NCBI GenBank assembly: GCA_002375985.1
Contig: DFNH01000012.1
Coordinates: 2,618 to 66,617, forward strand
Reading direction: 5' to 3'
From: Firmicutes bacterium UBA3572
GTDB taxonomy: Bacteria; Bacillota; Desulfotomaculia; Desulfotomaculales; Desulforudaceae
DNA length: 64,000 bases
In this document: in pieces, positions 18,003 through 26,837 of the stretch
How positions within the stretch are numbered: position 1 is the stretch's first letter
Layout: the number at the start of each line of letters is the position of its first letter
Position numbers and translations under genes: made by a program
The notes under the pieces: model-generated
Database searches by the model: none
What the model saw: the letters and a program-made list of their open reading frames with translations, nothing else
What the model was told of the DNA's origin: nothing

Positions 18003-18734
18003 TTAAAGGATTGTAGAGTTTTCCGCCGGGCCGGGGCGGCCGATTTCAAGGAAATCCGCATCCGGCAGCCACTGCCAAACGTATTCGTCGTGGCTGATCA
18101 ATACCGCCCCACGCTCCGGCCCTTCACCGAGCCAGCGGCGCAAAAGGTTACAAAAACCCCCGACGGCTTCCCGGTCCAGCGCCGCGGTAGGCTCGTCCAG
18201 CAACAGCACCGTTGGGTCGGCCAATAGCGCCCTGATAAAGGCCACGCGGGCCGCTTCCCCTCCCGACAGAAACCGCGCGTCCTGTTCCAGGAGGGCGGGC
18301 GCGAGCAGCAGCGCCTGCATTGCTTCCTGAGCCCAAGCGGCGTCGAACCGGCCCCGTTTAACCCTAACGCTCAGCTGAAACGGCCGGGCCAGATTGTCCC
18401 GAACCGTCCCCTCGAACATGGCTGGTTGCTGGGCGACGTAACAAACCGCGGTGCGCCAAGCGATCGGTGAGAAGGAGCGCCAGTGACGACCGTCCAGCCA
18501 GACATCACCCTCATGGCAGGGGTACAGGCGGGCCAACACCCGGAGCAGGGTGGTCTTCCCCGAACCCGAAGGGCCGCGAACCAACAGAACCCGCCCCTGC
18601 TCCAACGCGCCGGAAACCGTCACCGTTCTGTTGTCCATCCCCACCCCGAAAGATAATCCGGCAAACCTGAACCAGGCCGACAATGAGCTGCCTCCCAACG
18701 CAAAACGTTGCACAACTTTTCCCCGCACTGTCAT
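18003..18734 (-). CDS. fetA: FetA/YbbL-family ABC transporter ATP-binding protein
   Basis: Walker A GPSGSGKTT, signature LSGGEAARVA, Walker B LLLDEPTAALD. Start is uncertain (track 18776; ATG 18734; possibly further in). Confidence 0.8.
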   Translation of the reverse strand: MTVRGKVVQRFALGGSSLSAWFRFAGLSFGVGMDNRTVTVSGALEQGRVLLVRGPSGSGKTTLLRVLARLYPCHEGDVWLDGRHWRSFSPIAWRTAVCYVAQQPAMFEGTVRDNLARPFQLSVRVKRGRFDAAWAQEAMQALLLAPALLEQDARFLSGGEAARVAFIRALLADPTVLLLDEPTAALDREAVGGFCNLLRRWLGEGPERGAVLISHDEYVWQWLPDADFLEIGRPGPAENSTIL

Positions 18735-19243
18735 TATGCTGCTTTTACCCGGTGCGGTCAAACCATGCAGCCGCATCTTCCGGCCCGGAACGCACTATGA
18801 GTAAAATAGTTCCGGGCAAATGAGGTTCGGGGAGGGGGTCAAGGTACATACCGGCTGGTGTCGGCGGCAAGGAAAAAAGAGGCCGGATTACTCTCTGGTG
18901 GACAAACTATATCACCGGAGGTGCGGGAGAAAGGGAGCAAGGTTTTCTGGGAGAACGTGCGCAGTCGAGTAGCGCGAAAGTACCGGGACATTGACCGGGT
19001 CCCGGTGATGATTAACGGTACCGAGACCCCGTGGTGGGCGGGTTGGTCAAGGACGTCACCGAAGTGATCGCCAGCGGTATCAAGCGCGGCCAGGGTGTTT
19101 TCTAGCCAACTGCAAGTTTAATCCGCTCGGGCTGTGAATCGAATCAAGGGGATCTCGTTCTCACCATAACCTACCGGCCAGCACCACTTCCGGGAAGAAA
19201 AACCGCCCGGAACCTGTTGATTCGCTCCGCCCGTCGCACTATG

Positions 19244-19273
19244 TTGACCCCTCCTGTATTATTACCGTATACT
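19244..19273 (+). promoter_or_regulatory. candidate promoter of ldh
   Basis: TTGACC, 18 nt, TATACT, about 80 nt before the ldh ATG. Confidence 0.4.
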
Positions 19274-19350
19274 GCACTTAAGTATTTACTCTCTGGAGGG
19301 TTGTTATTCCTGTCGCCTCCGGGAAAGAATAGCCGAAGGGGTGTATTCAT

Positions 19351-20283
19351 ATGGCCGTAAAAATAGTGATCATCGGCGCTGGGGCCGTGGGAGCAGCGGT
19401 GGCTTACAGTCTGGTTACCGCAAACTTAGCCAACGAAGTTGTATTGATTGACATCGACCGGGCCCGGGCCGAAGGAGAGGCAATGGATATCGCCGACGGT
19501 ACGCCTTTCACCGGGCCGGTCAGGATTTACGCCGGTGATTATGAGGATTGCCGGGACGCCCTGGTTATTGTTTTTGCTGCCGGTGCGAACCAACGTCCGG
19601 GGGAAACCCGCCTGGATTTGGCTGCGCGTAACCTCCGGGTGGTGCGGGATGTGACCGATCGGCTGTTGCGGCACTGGAGCGGCGGGGTATTATTGATGGT
19701 AACCAATCCGGTTGACGTGTTGACCTACGCTGCCCTGCGGTTCTCCGGATTGCCGGAGCACGCCGTCATCGGTTCGGGAACTGTCTTGGACAGTGCCCGG
19801 TTCCGCCATCTGCTGAGCCGGCATTGCCGGGTGGATGCCCGGAATGTACACGCCTATGTGCTGGGAGAGCATGGTGATTCGCAGGTGTTTCTTTGGAGCC
19901 GGGCGGCTATCGCCGGAATCCACGTGGACGAGTTTTGTGACCGGACCGGTGTACCCAGACCCGACCGGCAGCAGCTTACCGATCAGGTACGAAGAGCAGC
20001 GTCCGAGATAATCTCCCGCAAAGGCGCGACCTATTACGGGGTTAGTCTTTGTGTACGGCGGATTTGCGAGGCGATTGTGCGTGACCAGCAAAGTGTGTTG
20101 ACGGTGTCCGGGCTGGTACAAGGGTACTACGCCATTACCGATACGTCGTTCAGTCTGCCTACGGTTGTGGGCCGTAAAGGACGCCTTAAAGTACTCGATC
20201 TGCCTCTGGACGACGATGAGGAAAAAGCCCTTCGCCATTCCGCTGGCGTTCTGCGACAAGTGCTACGGGAGAACGGGCTGTAA
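19351..20283 (+). CDS. ldh: L-lactate dehydrogenase
   Basis: GAGAVG NAD fold. Substrate loop GANQRPGETRLDL (Gln, not Arg, fits LDH rather than MDH). Catalytic GEHGDS. Confidence 0.9.
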   Translation: MAVKIVIIGAGAVGAAVAYSLVTANLANEVVLIDIDRARAEGEAMDIADGTPFTGPVRIYAGDYEDCRDALVIVFAAGANQRPGETRLDLAARNLRVVRDVTDRLLRHWSGGVLLMVTNPVDVLTYAALRFSGLPEHAVIGSGTVLDSARFRHLLSRHCRVDARNVHAYVLGEHGDSQVFLWSRAAIAGIHVDEFCDRTGVPRPDRQQLTDQVRRAASEIISRKGATYYGVSLCVRRICEAIVRDQQSVLTVSGLVQGYYAITDTSFSLPTVVGRKGRLKVLDLPLDDDEEKALRHSAGVLRQVLRENGL

Positions 20284-20442
20284 GGGCTGTGAATCGTACC
20301 GTGTCAACCCTGTTTACATAAAAATCTAACTTTGGATCACCTCCCACAGCTTCGTTCAGCCAGGGGCCAGGAGGGCATCCTGGCCATACGCCTCTTGGAA
20401 GCCGGATGAGCGGAAGAACCTGAGCGCGCCTATTCACTTTAA

Positions 20443-20487
20443 CTCCCGCGCGCACGCGTTTTGCCGCCAGAATTCGGCAAGCACGAC
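20443..20487. repeat. repeat module X, copy B
   Basis: CTCCCGCGCGCACGCGTTTTGCCGCCAGAATTCGGCAAGCACGAC matches the reverse complement of 8865-8909 at 41/45. Confidence 0.8.
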
Positions 20488-20885
20488 TGCGATCCTTTTG
20501 GAGCTTTTGAATGATCAGCTCTTTGAAAAGCGTGACAAGCAGCGTTATCGTGTCCGGGAGCGGGTATCCCGGGAGGGAGAAACGCTGGTGGGGCCGTGAG
20601 TTTCAGGCAGCGGGCAGATGCGGACACGGAGACCGGCCAAACCGTCTATCTGCCGGATGAAGCTTTGAAACTGCCGCCTCGCCAGAGAGTGGCGCCGGAA
20701 CTGGCCGCCGTCTTGGTGGAATTGGGGTTTTGGGTCCCTCTTACCGTGAGGCTCGCAATGCGGTTACCGGACTCTTTGGGAAAAGGCCGGTCGGCCACGA
20801 AAGGTGGCGGCCGCGACACCCAGAGAGCCGTGCAATTTGGATTGGTAAGGCTGCTGTACTTTTCTCTGGCAAGGCTCAAAGCACT

Positions 20886-20960
20886 CCCAAAACCAGTTCT
20901 AACCTGAAAACAGTTTCTCACTTCGGTCAGCCGGCAATCGACCCGAATTGTCTTGACAGT
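20886..20960. repeat. repeat module Y, copy B
   Basis: 74/75 identical to 8957-9031. Lies directly upstream of the tRNA-Ala promoter. Confidence 0.9.
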
Positions 20961-20979
20961 CACCCCCAAACTCGATTTC

Positions 20980-21008
20980 TTGCCTCGCACCTTGAGTTGT
21001 GGTAGAAT
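20980..21008 (+). promoter_or_regulatory. candidate promoter of tRNA-Ala
   Basis: TTGCCT, 17 nt, TAGAAT with TG two nt upstream of the -10 (TGGTAGAAT). 28 nt before the tRNA 5' end. Confidence 0.6.
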
Positions 21009-21036
21009 GATTTCGGTGGACCGATCCGCCTCATCC

Positions 21037-21112
21037 GGGCCCGTAGCTCAGATGGGAGAGCGCTTGACTCGCATTCAAGAGGTCAGGGGTTCGATTCCCC
21101 TCGGGTCCACCA
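21037..21112 (+). tRNA. tRNA-Ala (anticodon CGC), CCA encoded
   Basis: Cloverleaf folds by hand: acceptor GGGCCCG/CGGGTCC with the G3:U70 alanine identity pair, D arm GCTC/GAGC, anticodon stem CTTGA/TCAAG with loop CTCGCAT, T arm AGGGG-TTCGATT-CCCCT. Confidence 0.9.
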
Positions 21113-21227
21113 ATAAAATCAAGGATTTCAGGGGTTCGTTGAACCCGTGCAGCGGGAGGGTTTGCAACCATTTGGCAACCGTGGGCAAATCCTCTCCGTT
21201 TTTTTGTCCTATCTGCGGCGTCATAGT

Positions 21228-21400
21228 TCAGCAGCGCTTCTTCTGCATGCCGGGCAGCACGTGCCCGTACACCTTCAGGGTGAACGCCTCGCTGGCGTGT
21301 CCCAGGATCTCCCCGACACGACCTTGACGTTCACGCCGTCCCTGAGCACATCGTGGCGGCGGTGTGCCGCAGGTCGTGGAACCGGAAGTCCCGCAGCCCC
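21228..21400 (-). pseudogene. C-terminal fragment of a tyrosine recombinase (phage-type integrase), frameshifted
   Basis: FRFHDLRHTAATM ... GVNVKVVS(frameshift)EILGHASEAFTLKVYGHVLPG carries the HxLRH and catalytic-Tyr regions. The N-terminal two-thirds is missing. It sits ~115 nt from the tRNA 3' end. Confidence 0.7.
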
Positions 21401-21506
21401 GCCCGCCCCGGTTCGACAGTGGCTAGATAAACCGATGGCGCAACAAGGCTTCCCCCAGGGGTTGCGGGGGATAGGAAAATTATAGGTGTTTATCTAGGTC
21501 CAAGGG

Positions 21507-21925
21507 CTACTTAAAAGAAGTGATGGCCAGCATTTTCGGAGGTTCCGAGATTTTCAGGGCCTTAAACAATTCCTTTTGAATTAGCGTGATTTTGTTGCGC
21601 TGGAGCACACGCCCCGATGGGAACACGAATTCGCCTGCGTGCATCCGCTCCAGGTGTGTGCGGATGGCTCTCCAGGTTTGTCCCGTTTTGTTCTCGGCTA
21701 CCCGGATCAAGAGCAGAGCCAACCAACAGAGCAGCACGTGCGTGCAGATCCGGTCCTCCAGACGGTGGTACACGGGGCGCAGTTCCAGGGTACGCTTCAG
21801 GGTGCGAAAGGCATCCTCCACCTGAAGCAACTGTTTGTAGCCGAGGGCCACATCCTCCGGGGAGATAGTGTCATCCGAAGTGCGCAGGAGGTACTTACCG
21901 TCCAGCCGTTTCTCAGCCCGAGGGA
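21507..21925 (-). mobile_element. C-terminal fragment of an IS4-superfamily (IS1634-like) transposase
   Basis: DGKYLLRTSDDTISPEDVALGYKQLLQVEDAFRTLKRTLELRPVYHRLEDRICTHVLLCWLALLL is the conserved C-terminal block of this family. The upstream frame is closed by a stop near 21942. Confidence 0.7.
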
Positions 21926-22084
21926 GCCCTGGACCGGTTGGTTAACAGTGCTCACCACGTCTTGATGCTCGGCAAGAGCTACCGGCCCCTGTGCCGGCCC
22001 GACGGAGGCAAGAACCTGATCACCTTTGATGACTCGGGTAGCCAAGACCAGGAGGTGATGGCAAAACCCTCACCACCTACCCCC

Positions 22085-22261
22085 TCAGACTCGAGGTCTT
22101 GGCAGCAGGAATGGGCCGCGGGCGGGTCTGTACCGCGGCATCTCGGCGCTGGCCAGGGCCTTGCGCACCGACTGGCGGGAAATGCCGGGATTGCGCGTAA
22201 TCTTACGGATAGACCACCCTTCCAGGTAATGCTTCTTTCTGATAAACTCAATATCGGCCAT
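22085..22261 (-). mobile_element. N-terminal HTH fragment of an IS21-family IstA transposase
   Basis: MADIEFIRKKHYLEGWSIRKITRNPGISRQSVRKALASAEMPRYRP, then the frame ends. The rest of istA and all of istB are absent. Confidence 0.6.
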
Positions 22262-22290
22262 CTTGAGCAAGTCCTTTTCCTCCCGTAAGC

Positions 22291-22391
22291 CAAGTGTTTC
22301 AACTTAAGCTTTAGAGGATGGGGTTCTCAGGGTGGTCAACTTTTTCATTAGCGTCAGGGGCCAAACTGGTCAACTTTTATGTTAGCGAACA
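22291..22391 (-). mobile_element. terminal region of the IS21-like element
   Basis: Subterminal direct repeats GGTCAACTTTT at 22334 and 22369, typical multiple transposase-binding repeats. The tip TGTTCGCTAAC abuts the truncated LysR reading frame. Confidence 0.5.
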
Positions 22392-22515
22392 CGCTGATCA
22401 CCTGACGGAACACCGCAGGCTGACTCAGGGCCAACTCCTGGCCCGCCCGGGAGCAACTCCGGTGTCTGGCCACCGCGTAAAACACCCGCAATTGATTCAG
22501 TGGAAAATCTTCCAT
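22392..22515 (-). pseudogene. LysR-family regulator, N-terminal HTH only (truncated by the IS21-like end)
   Basis: MEDFPLNQLRVFYAVARHRSCSRAGQELALSQPAVFRQVIS, then IS sequence. Divergent from selD with a TGCA-N5-TGCA palindrome in the shared intergenic region. Confidence 0.7.
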
Positions 22516-22591
22516 AGTTCTCCGCACCGTTATTACTCGGAGTCATATTTATTGTGCAAACTATGCATTTGCCTTATATTAACCACGTGTT

Positions 22592-23562
22592 ATGCCACAA
22601 ATCCGGCTGACTTCGTACTCCCCGGGCTCCTCCGGCTGAGCGTGCAAGATCGGCCAGGCCGACCTGGCGCACTTGTTGCGCTGCTTACCTTCTCTAACCG
22701 GTTCCAATTTCCTGGCAGGGCGGGAAGGAGCTGCCGCTGTGTACCGGCTCAGCGACGAACTGGCCCTGGCGCAAACCATAGACTAAATCACCCCGGTGGT
22801 AAACGACCCTTATACCTTCAGACAGATTGCCGCCGCCAATGCCCTGAGTGACATTTACGCCATTGAGCGGCTCTCCGATACTGGTGCCAAACATAGTCGG
22901 CTTTCCCAATCAGAGCATCTCCCTGCGCATTCTGGAAGATACCCTCGCGGCAGCGCCGACAAGGCAGCCGAAGCCGGGATATTAATCGCGGGAGGACATT
23001 CGATCACCGACCACGCCCCAAAGTACGGTCTGTGCGTGACCGGCTTCGTAAATCCGCGGTGTATGGTTACCCGCCCTGGAGCACGGGTGGACGATGTTCT
23101 TGTTCTGACCAAGCCCCTGGGGATAGGGGTGATTACCACGGCGGTACAGCTTACGACCACTCTCAACCGCGAAGCGGCGGAGGCCACAGTCAAGCGTGCA
23201 CGCCGCCACGGACGTCACCAGCTTCGGCCTGTGTTGGAGCACCTGCGGGAAATGCTGTTGGCTGGCGGCGTGGGTGCGCGGATAGCAGCGGGGCACATCC
23301 GGTGATACCAGGTGTACTGCACTGGTACGGGCCGGGGTGGTGGCCGGAGGCACCCATAACGATTACCGCTACCTACGCGACCTGGTCGATTTTAGATCCC
23401 CGTCTCAAGGAGGAGACCCGCCTGATCCTTTGTGATCCCCACTGGTCTACTCCAACAAACCCGCCGGTCCGGGCTGACGGAACCTTTGCGCTGTGGCCGG
23501 TCAGGTCAAAGAATCATTCGGAGACCAGGTGGAAGTGGAAATCGTTTACAAGGGATTACTAA
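22592..23562 (+). pseudogene. selD: selenide, water dikinase (selenophosphate synthetase), Sec-type, inactivated
   Basis: MPQIRLTSYSPGSSG-UGA-ACKIGQADLAHLL has TGA at 22637, the position of the catalytic Sec/Cys. In-frame TAA at 22784 (QTID*ITPVVNDPY versus expected DFFTP). At least two frameshifts lie between SDIYA and GGHSI and further downstream. The C-terminal LCDP...VEVEIVYKGLL is in another frame. Confidence 0.8.
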
Positions 23563-23692
23563 GCCGGGCTAAGGAAGGCATGCCCAACCCACCAAACATC
23601 GCCGTTGGTGGTGAACTGCTGGGGAAAAGATTACCCGCAAGGAGCTAGAAGAGTAGGTGCGCAAAAAGTTGGGAAAGTAAACTAGCAGTGCA

Positions 23693-23718
23693 AAACGCAC
23701 ACCAAGTGTGCGTTTTTG
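23693..23718 (+). terminator. intrinsic terminator
   Basis: AAACGCACAC-CAA-GTGTGCGTTTTTGTG. Confidence 0.7.
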
Positions 23719-23832
23719 TGCCTGGCGACAGTTTTTCCCAAGCAGGAGATTGTGTATTTTCCGCCGAAACAACGTTTTTGGAATAACCCAATTTGTTTAC
23801 TTGGATAACGGCAGGCAATCAGGAGGCAGAAT

Positions 23833-24369
23833 ATGGCCGAGCTTAAACCACACTCTAAGCCTGTGGAATTCATTTACCGTAGCGGATTTCCCCTGCAGGG
23901 CCTGGGTTTGTTAGCGCTCCTGCTCGCGCCGGACGCCGCCCGGCTGGACTCGGTCTGGTCGGCTGCCGGGTACTTGCTGATCGGTACCGGTGTGCTCCTT
24001 TCCGGCTGGCTTCTGCAGGTGTACATGCCCGAGGTCCGGCTGATCGTCTTGGGCGGAGCGGTGACCGGTTGCCTGCTGATCGTAGCGGCAGCGTTCACCG
24101 GACCTGAATACCTGGCACCGCTGGGGCTGGGCTTCGTGTTTGTGGGTTCGTGCGGACTCGGCGGTAAAGAAGCCTACTGCTTTCGCCTCAAGGAAGGCTG
24201 GTACTTAATGCCGGTTCTGGTCATGCTGGCGGTGGCCCTGCTGCTGCAAAGTGCCGCGGGCAGCCCACTGGTCGTGACCACCATCTTGCTCGCCCTGGCC
24301 GCCGCGCTTCAGCTCTCTTTCTCCATCCGCAAGTACCGAATGTCCTATTACGGTAAGTGTGGTCAATAA
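23833..24369 (+). CDS. hypothetical integral membrane protein (about 5 TM)
   Basis: AGGAGG RBS lies 6 nt upstream. Hydrophobic throughout, with a conserved-looking GGKEAYCFRLKEGW loop. Family not confidently recognised. Confidence 0.6.
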   Translation: MAELKPHSKPVEFIYRSGFPLQGLGLLALLLAPDAARLDSVWSAAGYLLIGTGVLLSGWLLQVYMPEVRLIVLGGAVTGCLLIVAAAFTGPEYLAPLGLGFVFVGSCGLGGKEAYCFRLKEGWYLMPVLVMLAVALLLQSAAGSPLVVTTILLALAAALQLSFSIRKYRMSYYGKCGQ

Positions 24370-24712
24370 GGTCTTAGTTCCCACCCGGTTCGGTTACAGC
24401 TGGCCGGTCGTTTTGCGCCGGTGAACGGAAGACATTCCGTATCTTCCCCGTACCCCTGGATTGTCGAGCGGCGCTTCCGCGCTACGAGGTAGCTTTACCC
24501 TGCCGGTTTGGTGGTATAACCGGTTGTTTTCGACGGCTAAACGGGTTTCCAATGTCTTACCTTCCACCACTTCACCATTCACCGTTCCTCTGTGTCCGCT
24601 AGTACCCAAATAGGGCGTCTTGCCGCCCTTCTCTTCCGCCACACCCGCGGTAAACTGTAGAATACTCTTACCTTACGGAGGGGTGACTTTCATGTCCAGC
24701 CGTTAAAGCAAA

Positions 24713-24928
24713 GTGCGCCGATATGTTCTTCAGCCTTTGCTCTGGGTTTGGCAAATCGTCTGGTGGCTGATCGCTGTGGGAATGATGATCTGGCTGTGCT
24801 TCTATATGGAAATGTCAACCATGCCTAAAAACCTGGATAAGGTCCTGCTGGACCACGAGGTACCGAAACACAAATCCGTCTATCCCGGCATTGTTTCGGA
24901 TACCCCCAATTCGCCCATAAAGGCTTGA
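24713..24928 (+). CDS. small Trp-rich membrane protein (start problematic)
   Basis: TM segment LLWVWQIVWWLIAVGMMIWLCFY. The only good RBS (GGAGGGG) serves ATG 24692, which is in frame but separated by TAA at 24704. Confidence 0.4.
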   Translation: MRRYVLQPLLWVWQIVWWLIAVGMMIWLCFYMEMSTMPKNLDKVLLDHEVPKHKSVYPGIVSDTPNSPIKA

Positions 24929-24941
24929 GGAGAGAAAGAAA

Positions 24942-25697
24942 ATGCACAGAAAGTGGCTCCAAGCCATCAGAAAAGGCGTCAACGCCTGGGCAACTCCGGT
25001 CCGACCGAAGACTTACCACTATCCCGAGGCGGTCCGGATGCGGGAATGTCTCGCCCGCGGATCAGGGAAGCTCGACCCGGATACGCCTCTCCATAAGCTG
25101 CGGTTCGTGGTGCTCGACACGGAAACCACCGGATTTGCGCCCTACGGCGGCGATGAGGTAATCGAAATCGGGGCCGTGACTGTAGAGAATGGGCGGCCGC
25201 ATCCGGAACAAATCTTTCGCCGCCTGGTAAATCCGGGACGGGCCATCCCTATCGAGGTATGCGCCCTGACGGGAATCACGCCCGAACAGGTGGCCGAAGC
25301 GGACGATCTCTGTACGGTACTGCTAGAATTCCTCCCGTTTTTGGATGACGCTTGTCTGATCGGGCATCATCTCGGTTTCGACCTGGAGTTTTTAAACCTG
25401 AAACTCCGGCGGTTTTGCGGGCAGACAATTCGAAACCCGGGCTTCGATACGCTCAACGTGGCCAAAGCGCTTTACCCTCATCTCGGCTCTTACAGCCTTG
25501 ACGCTTTATTATCCGCACACGGGATCGAACCCGCCGGACGTCACACCGCGCTGGGTGACGCCTGGCTCACCGCCCGCCTGTTCAGCATGCAACTGGAACT
25601 GCTGGATGTGATGCGCATCAAGACATTGGGCGAACTCCAGGCCTTTCTCAAGCTCCGAGAGGATCACAGCATGGCGCTTTCCGTGCCCAGCTGTTGA
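24942..25697 (+). CDS. DEDDh 3'-5' exonuclease (DnaQ/epsilon-like domain protein)
   Basis: Exo I VLDTETTG, Exo II HHLGFDLEFL, Exo III HTALGDAWLTARL. GAGGAGAG RBS. Confidence 0.85.
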   Translation: MHRKWLQAIRKGVNAWATPVRPKTYHYPEAVRMRECLARGSGKLDPDTPLHKLRFVVLDTETTGFAPYGGDEVIEIGAVTVENGRPHPEQIFRRLVNPGRAIPIEVCALTGITPEQVAEADDLCTVLLEFLPFLDDACLIGHHLGFDLEFLNLKLRRFCGQTIRNPGFDTLNVAKALYPHLGSYSLDALLSAHGIEPAGRHTALGDAWLTARLFSMQLELLDVMRIKTLGELQAFLKLREDHSMALSVPSC

Positions 25698-25772
25698 AAC
25701 ATTTGGGCCGCCTAACGCATATAATGCCAACGACCAGCCACGCATACGCGAGATGCTTGCCGCAACCCCGAA

Positions 25773-25802
25773 GGCCGGCTACCAGCCGGCCTCCCCCTTT
25801 TG
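25773..25802 (+). terminator. candidate intrinsic terminator
   Basis: GGCCGGCT-ACC-AGCCGGCC followed by TCCCCCTTTTG. Confidence 0.5.
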
Positions 25803-25834
25803 ATAGAGTCTTTAAAACCGGACGCAGAATAATA

Positions 25835-26833
25835 ATGTTATACTACAAGAGAAACGGCAAAGAGGGGTTAGGTCTCTTGCACCTGGACCGGGAAACCGCC
25901 CACCACAGGAAAATAAACGCCGCCCGCCTCTCGGTAACTTCAAATACCCTGCTCATGGCCGGCAAACTGGTGGCGGGTTTCATGATGGGCTCGATCAGTG
26001 TCATTTCGGACGCCATTCATTCCGGAATGGACCTTTTAGCCGCCCTGATCGCCCTTGCCGCCGTGCGCCAATCGACCAAACCGGCCGACGAGCAGCACCG
26101 GTTCGGACACGGCAAGTTTGAGAACCTGGCCAGCATTATAGAGGCAGGGCTCATCGTACTCGCCGCCGGGGCAATAATCTGGCACGCCGTGCCCCGGTTG
26201 TTCGCTCCCACACCGGTGGAAGCCTTGGGGTTAGGCGCAGTCGTCTTGATCGTAGCCATCATCGTCAACACGGGGGTGTCCCAACACTTGCTGCGGGTCG
26301 CCCGGGAAACTGACTCGCCCGCCCTGGAGGCCGACGCCTGGCACCTGCGGACCGACGTTTTTACCTCGGCAGGCGTACTGGTCGGGTTGGGGCTGATCAA
26401 GCTGACCGGCCTTTTAATCATCGACCCCATTATCGCCATCCTGGTGTCCCTGTTTATCCTGCGGGCGGCTTACCGGTTAATCCGCGATTCCCTGCGCAGC
26501 ATCCTGGACGTGCGCCTGCCCGAGACGGACGAACAACGGATCCGGTCCGTTCTGGCCGATTACCAATCCGAGTACGTAGAGTTTCACGGTCTAAGGACCC
26601 GCAAAGCCGGTCCCGACCGGCACGTGGACCTGCATCTGGTTACCCCCGCACGGGGTTCGGTAGCCGAGGCACACGACCTCTGCAACCGGATTGAGCAGGA
26701 TATCGCAAAACTTTTCCCGAACGAGGTTCACGTCCTAATTCATGTCGAACCGTGCGACGGTGCGTGCGCACAGTGTCCGAAGGCCGCACAATCGAGCTGT
26801 ACGAACGCCTGCGATACTTGTACAAAGCGGTGA
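25835..26833 (+). CDS. cation diffusion facilitator (CDF) family metal efflux transporter with Cys-rich C-terminal tail
   Basis: [13 protein letters not shown] and [10 protein letters not shown] metal-site motifs in TM2/TM5, cytoplasmic domain, and tail [26 protein letters not shown] 25835 is preferred over the track start at 25694. Confidence 0.85.
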   Translation: MLYYKRNGKEGLGLLHLDRETAHHRKINAARLSVTSNTLLMAGKLVAGFMMGSISVISDAIHSGMDLLAALIALAAVRQSTKPADEQHRFGHGKFENLASIIEAGLIVLAAGAIIWHAVPRLFAPTPVEALGLGAVVLIVAIIVNTGVSQHLLRVARETDSPALEADAWHLRTDVFTSAGVLVGLGLIKLTGLLIIDPIIAILVSLFILRAAYRLIRDSLRSILDVRLPETDEQRIRSVLADYQSEYVEFHGLRTRKAGPDRHVDLHLVTPARGSVAEAHDLCNRIEQDIAKLFPNEVHVLIHVEPCDGACAQCPKAAQSSCTNACDTCTKR

Positions 26834-26837
26834 AACC

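Noticed and set aside
18858-19067. 69-aa ORF and other short frames in the 570-bp fetA-ldh intergenic region.
   Set aside because: No RBS, mixed frames, no family. This may be another decayed gene, but I cannot reconstruct one.
19129-20296. Exact 13-nt direct repeat GGGCTGTGAATCG flanking ldh (19129-19141 and 20284-20296), which could be read as a target-site duplication or a Rex half-site.
   Set aside because: A 13-mer match is expected by chance many times in 64 kb. There is no partner half-site for a Rex box (TTGTGAA-N6-TTCACAA) and no mobile-element features around ldh.
24394-24642. 82-aa ORF (-) between the membrane protein gene and the exonuclease operon.
   Set aside because: GTG start without an RBS and no recognisable family. 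It lies where a promoter for the + strand genes is expected. Insufficient support to call it.
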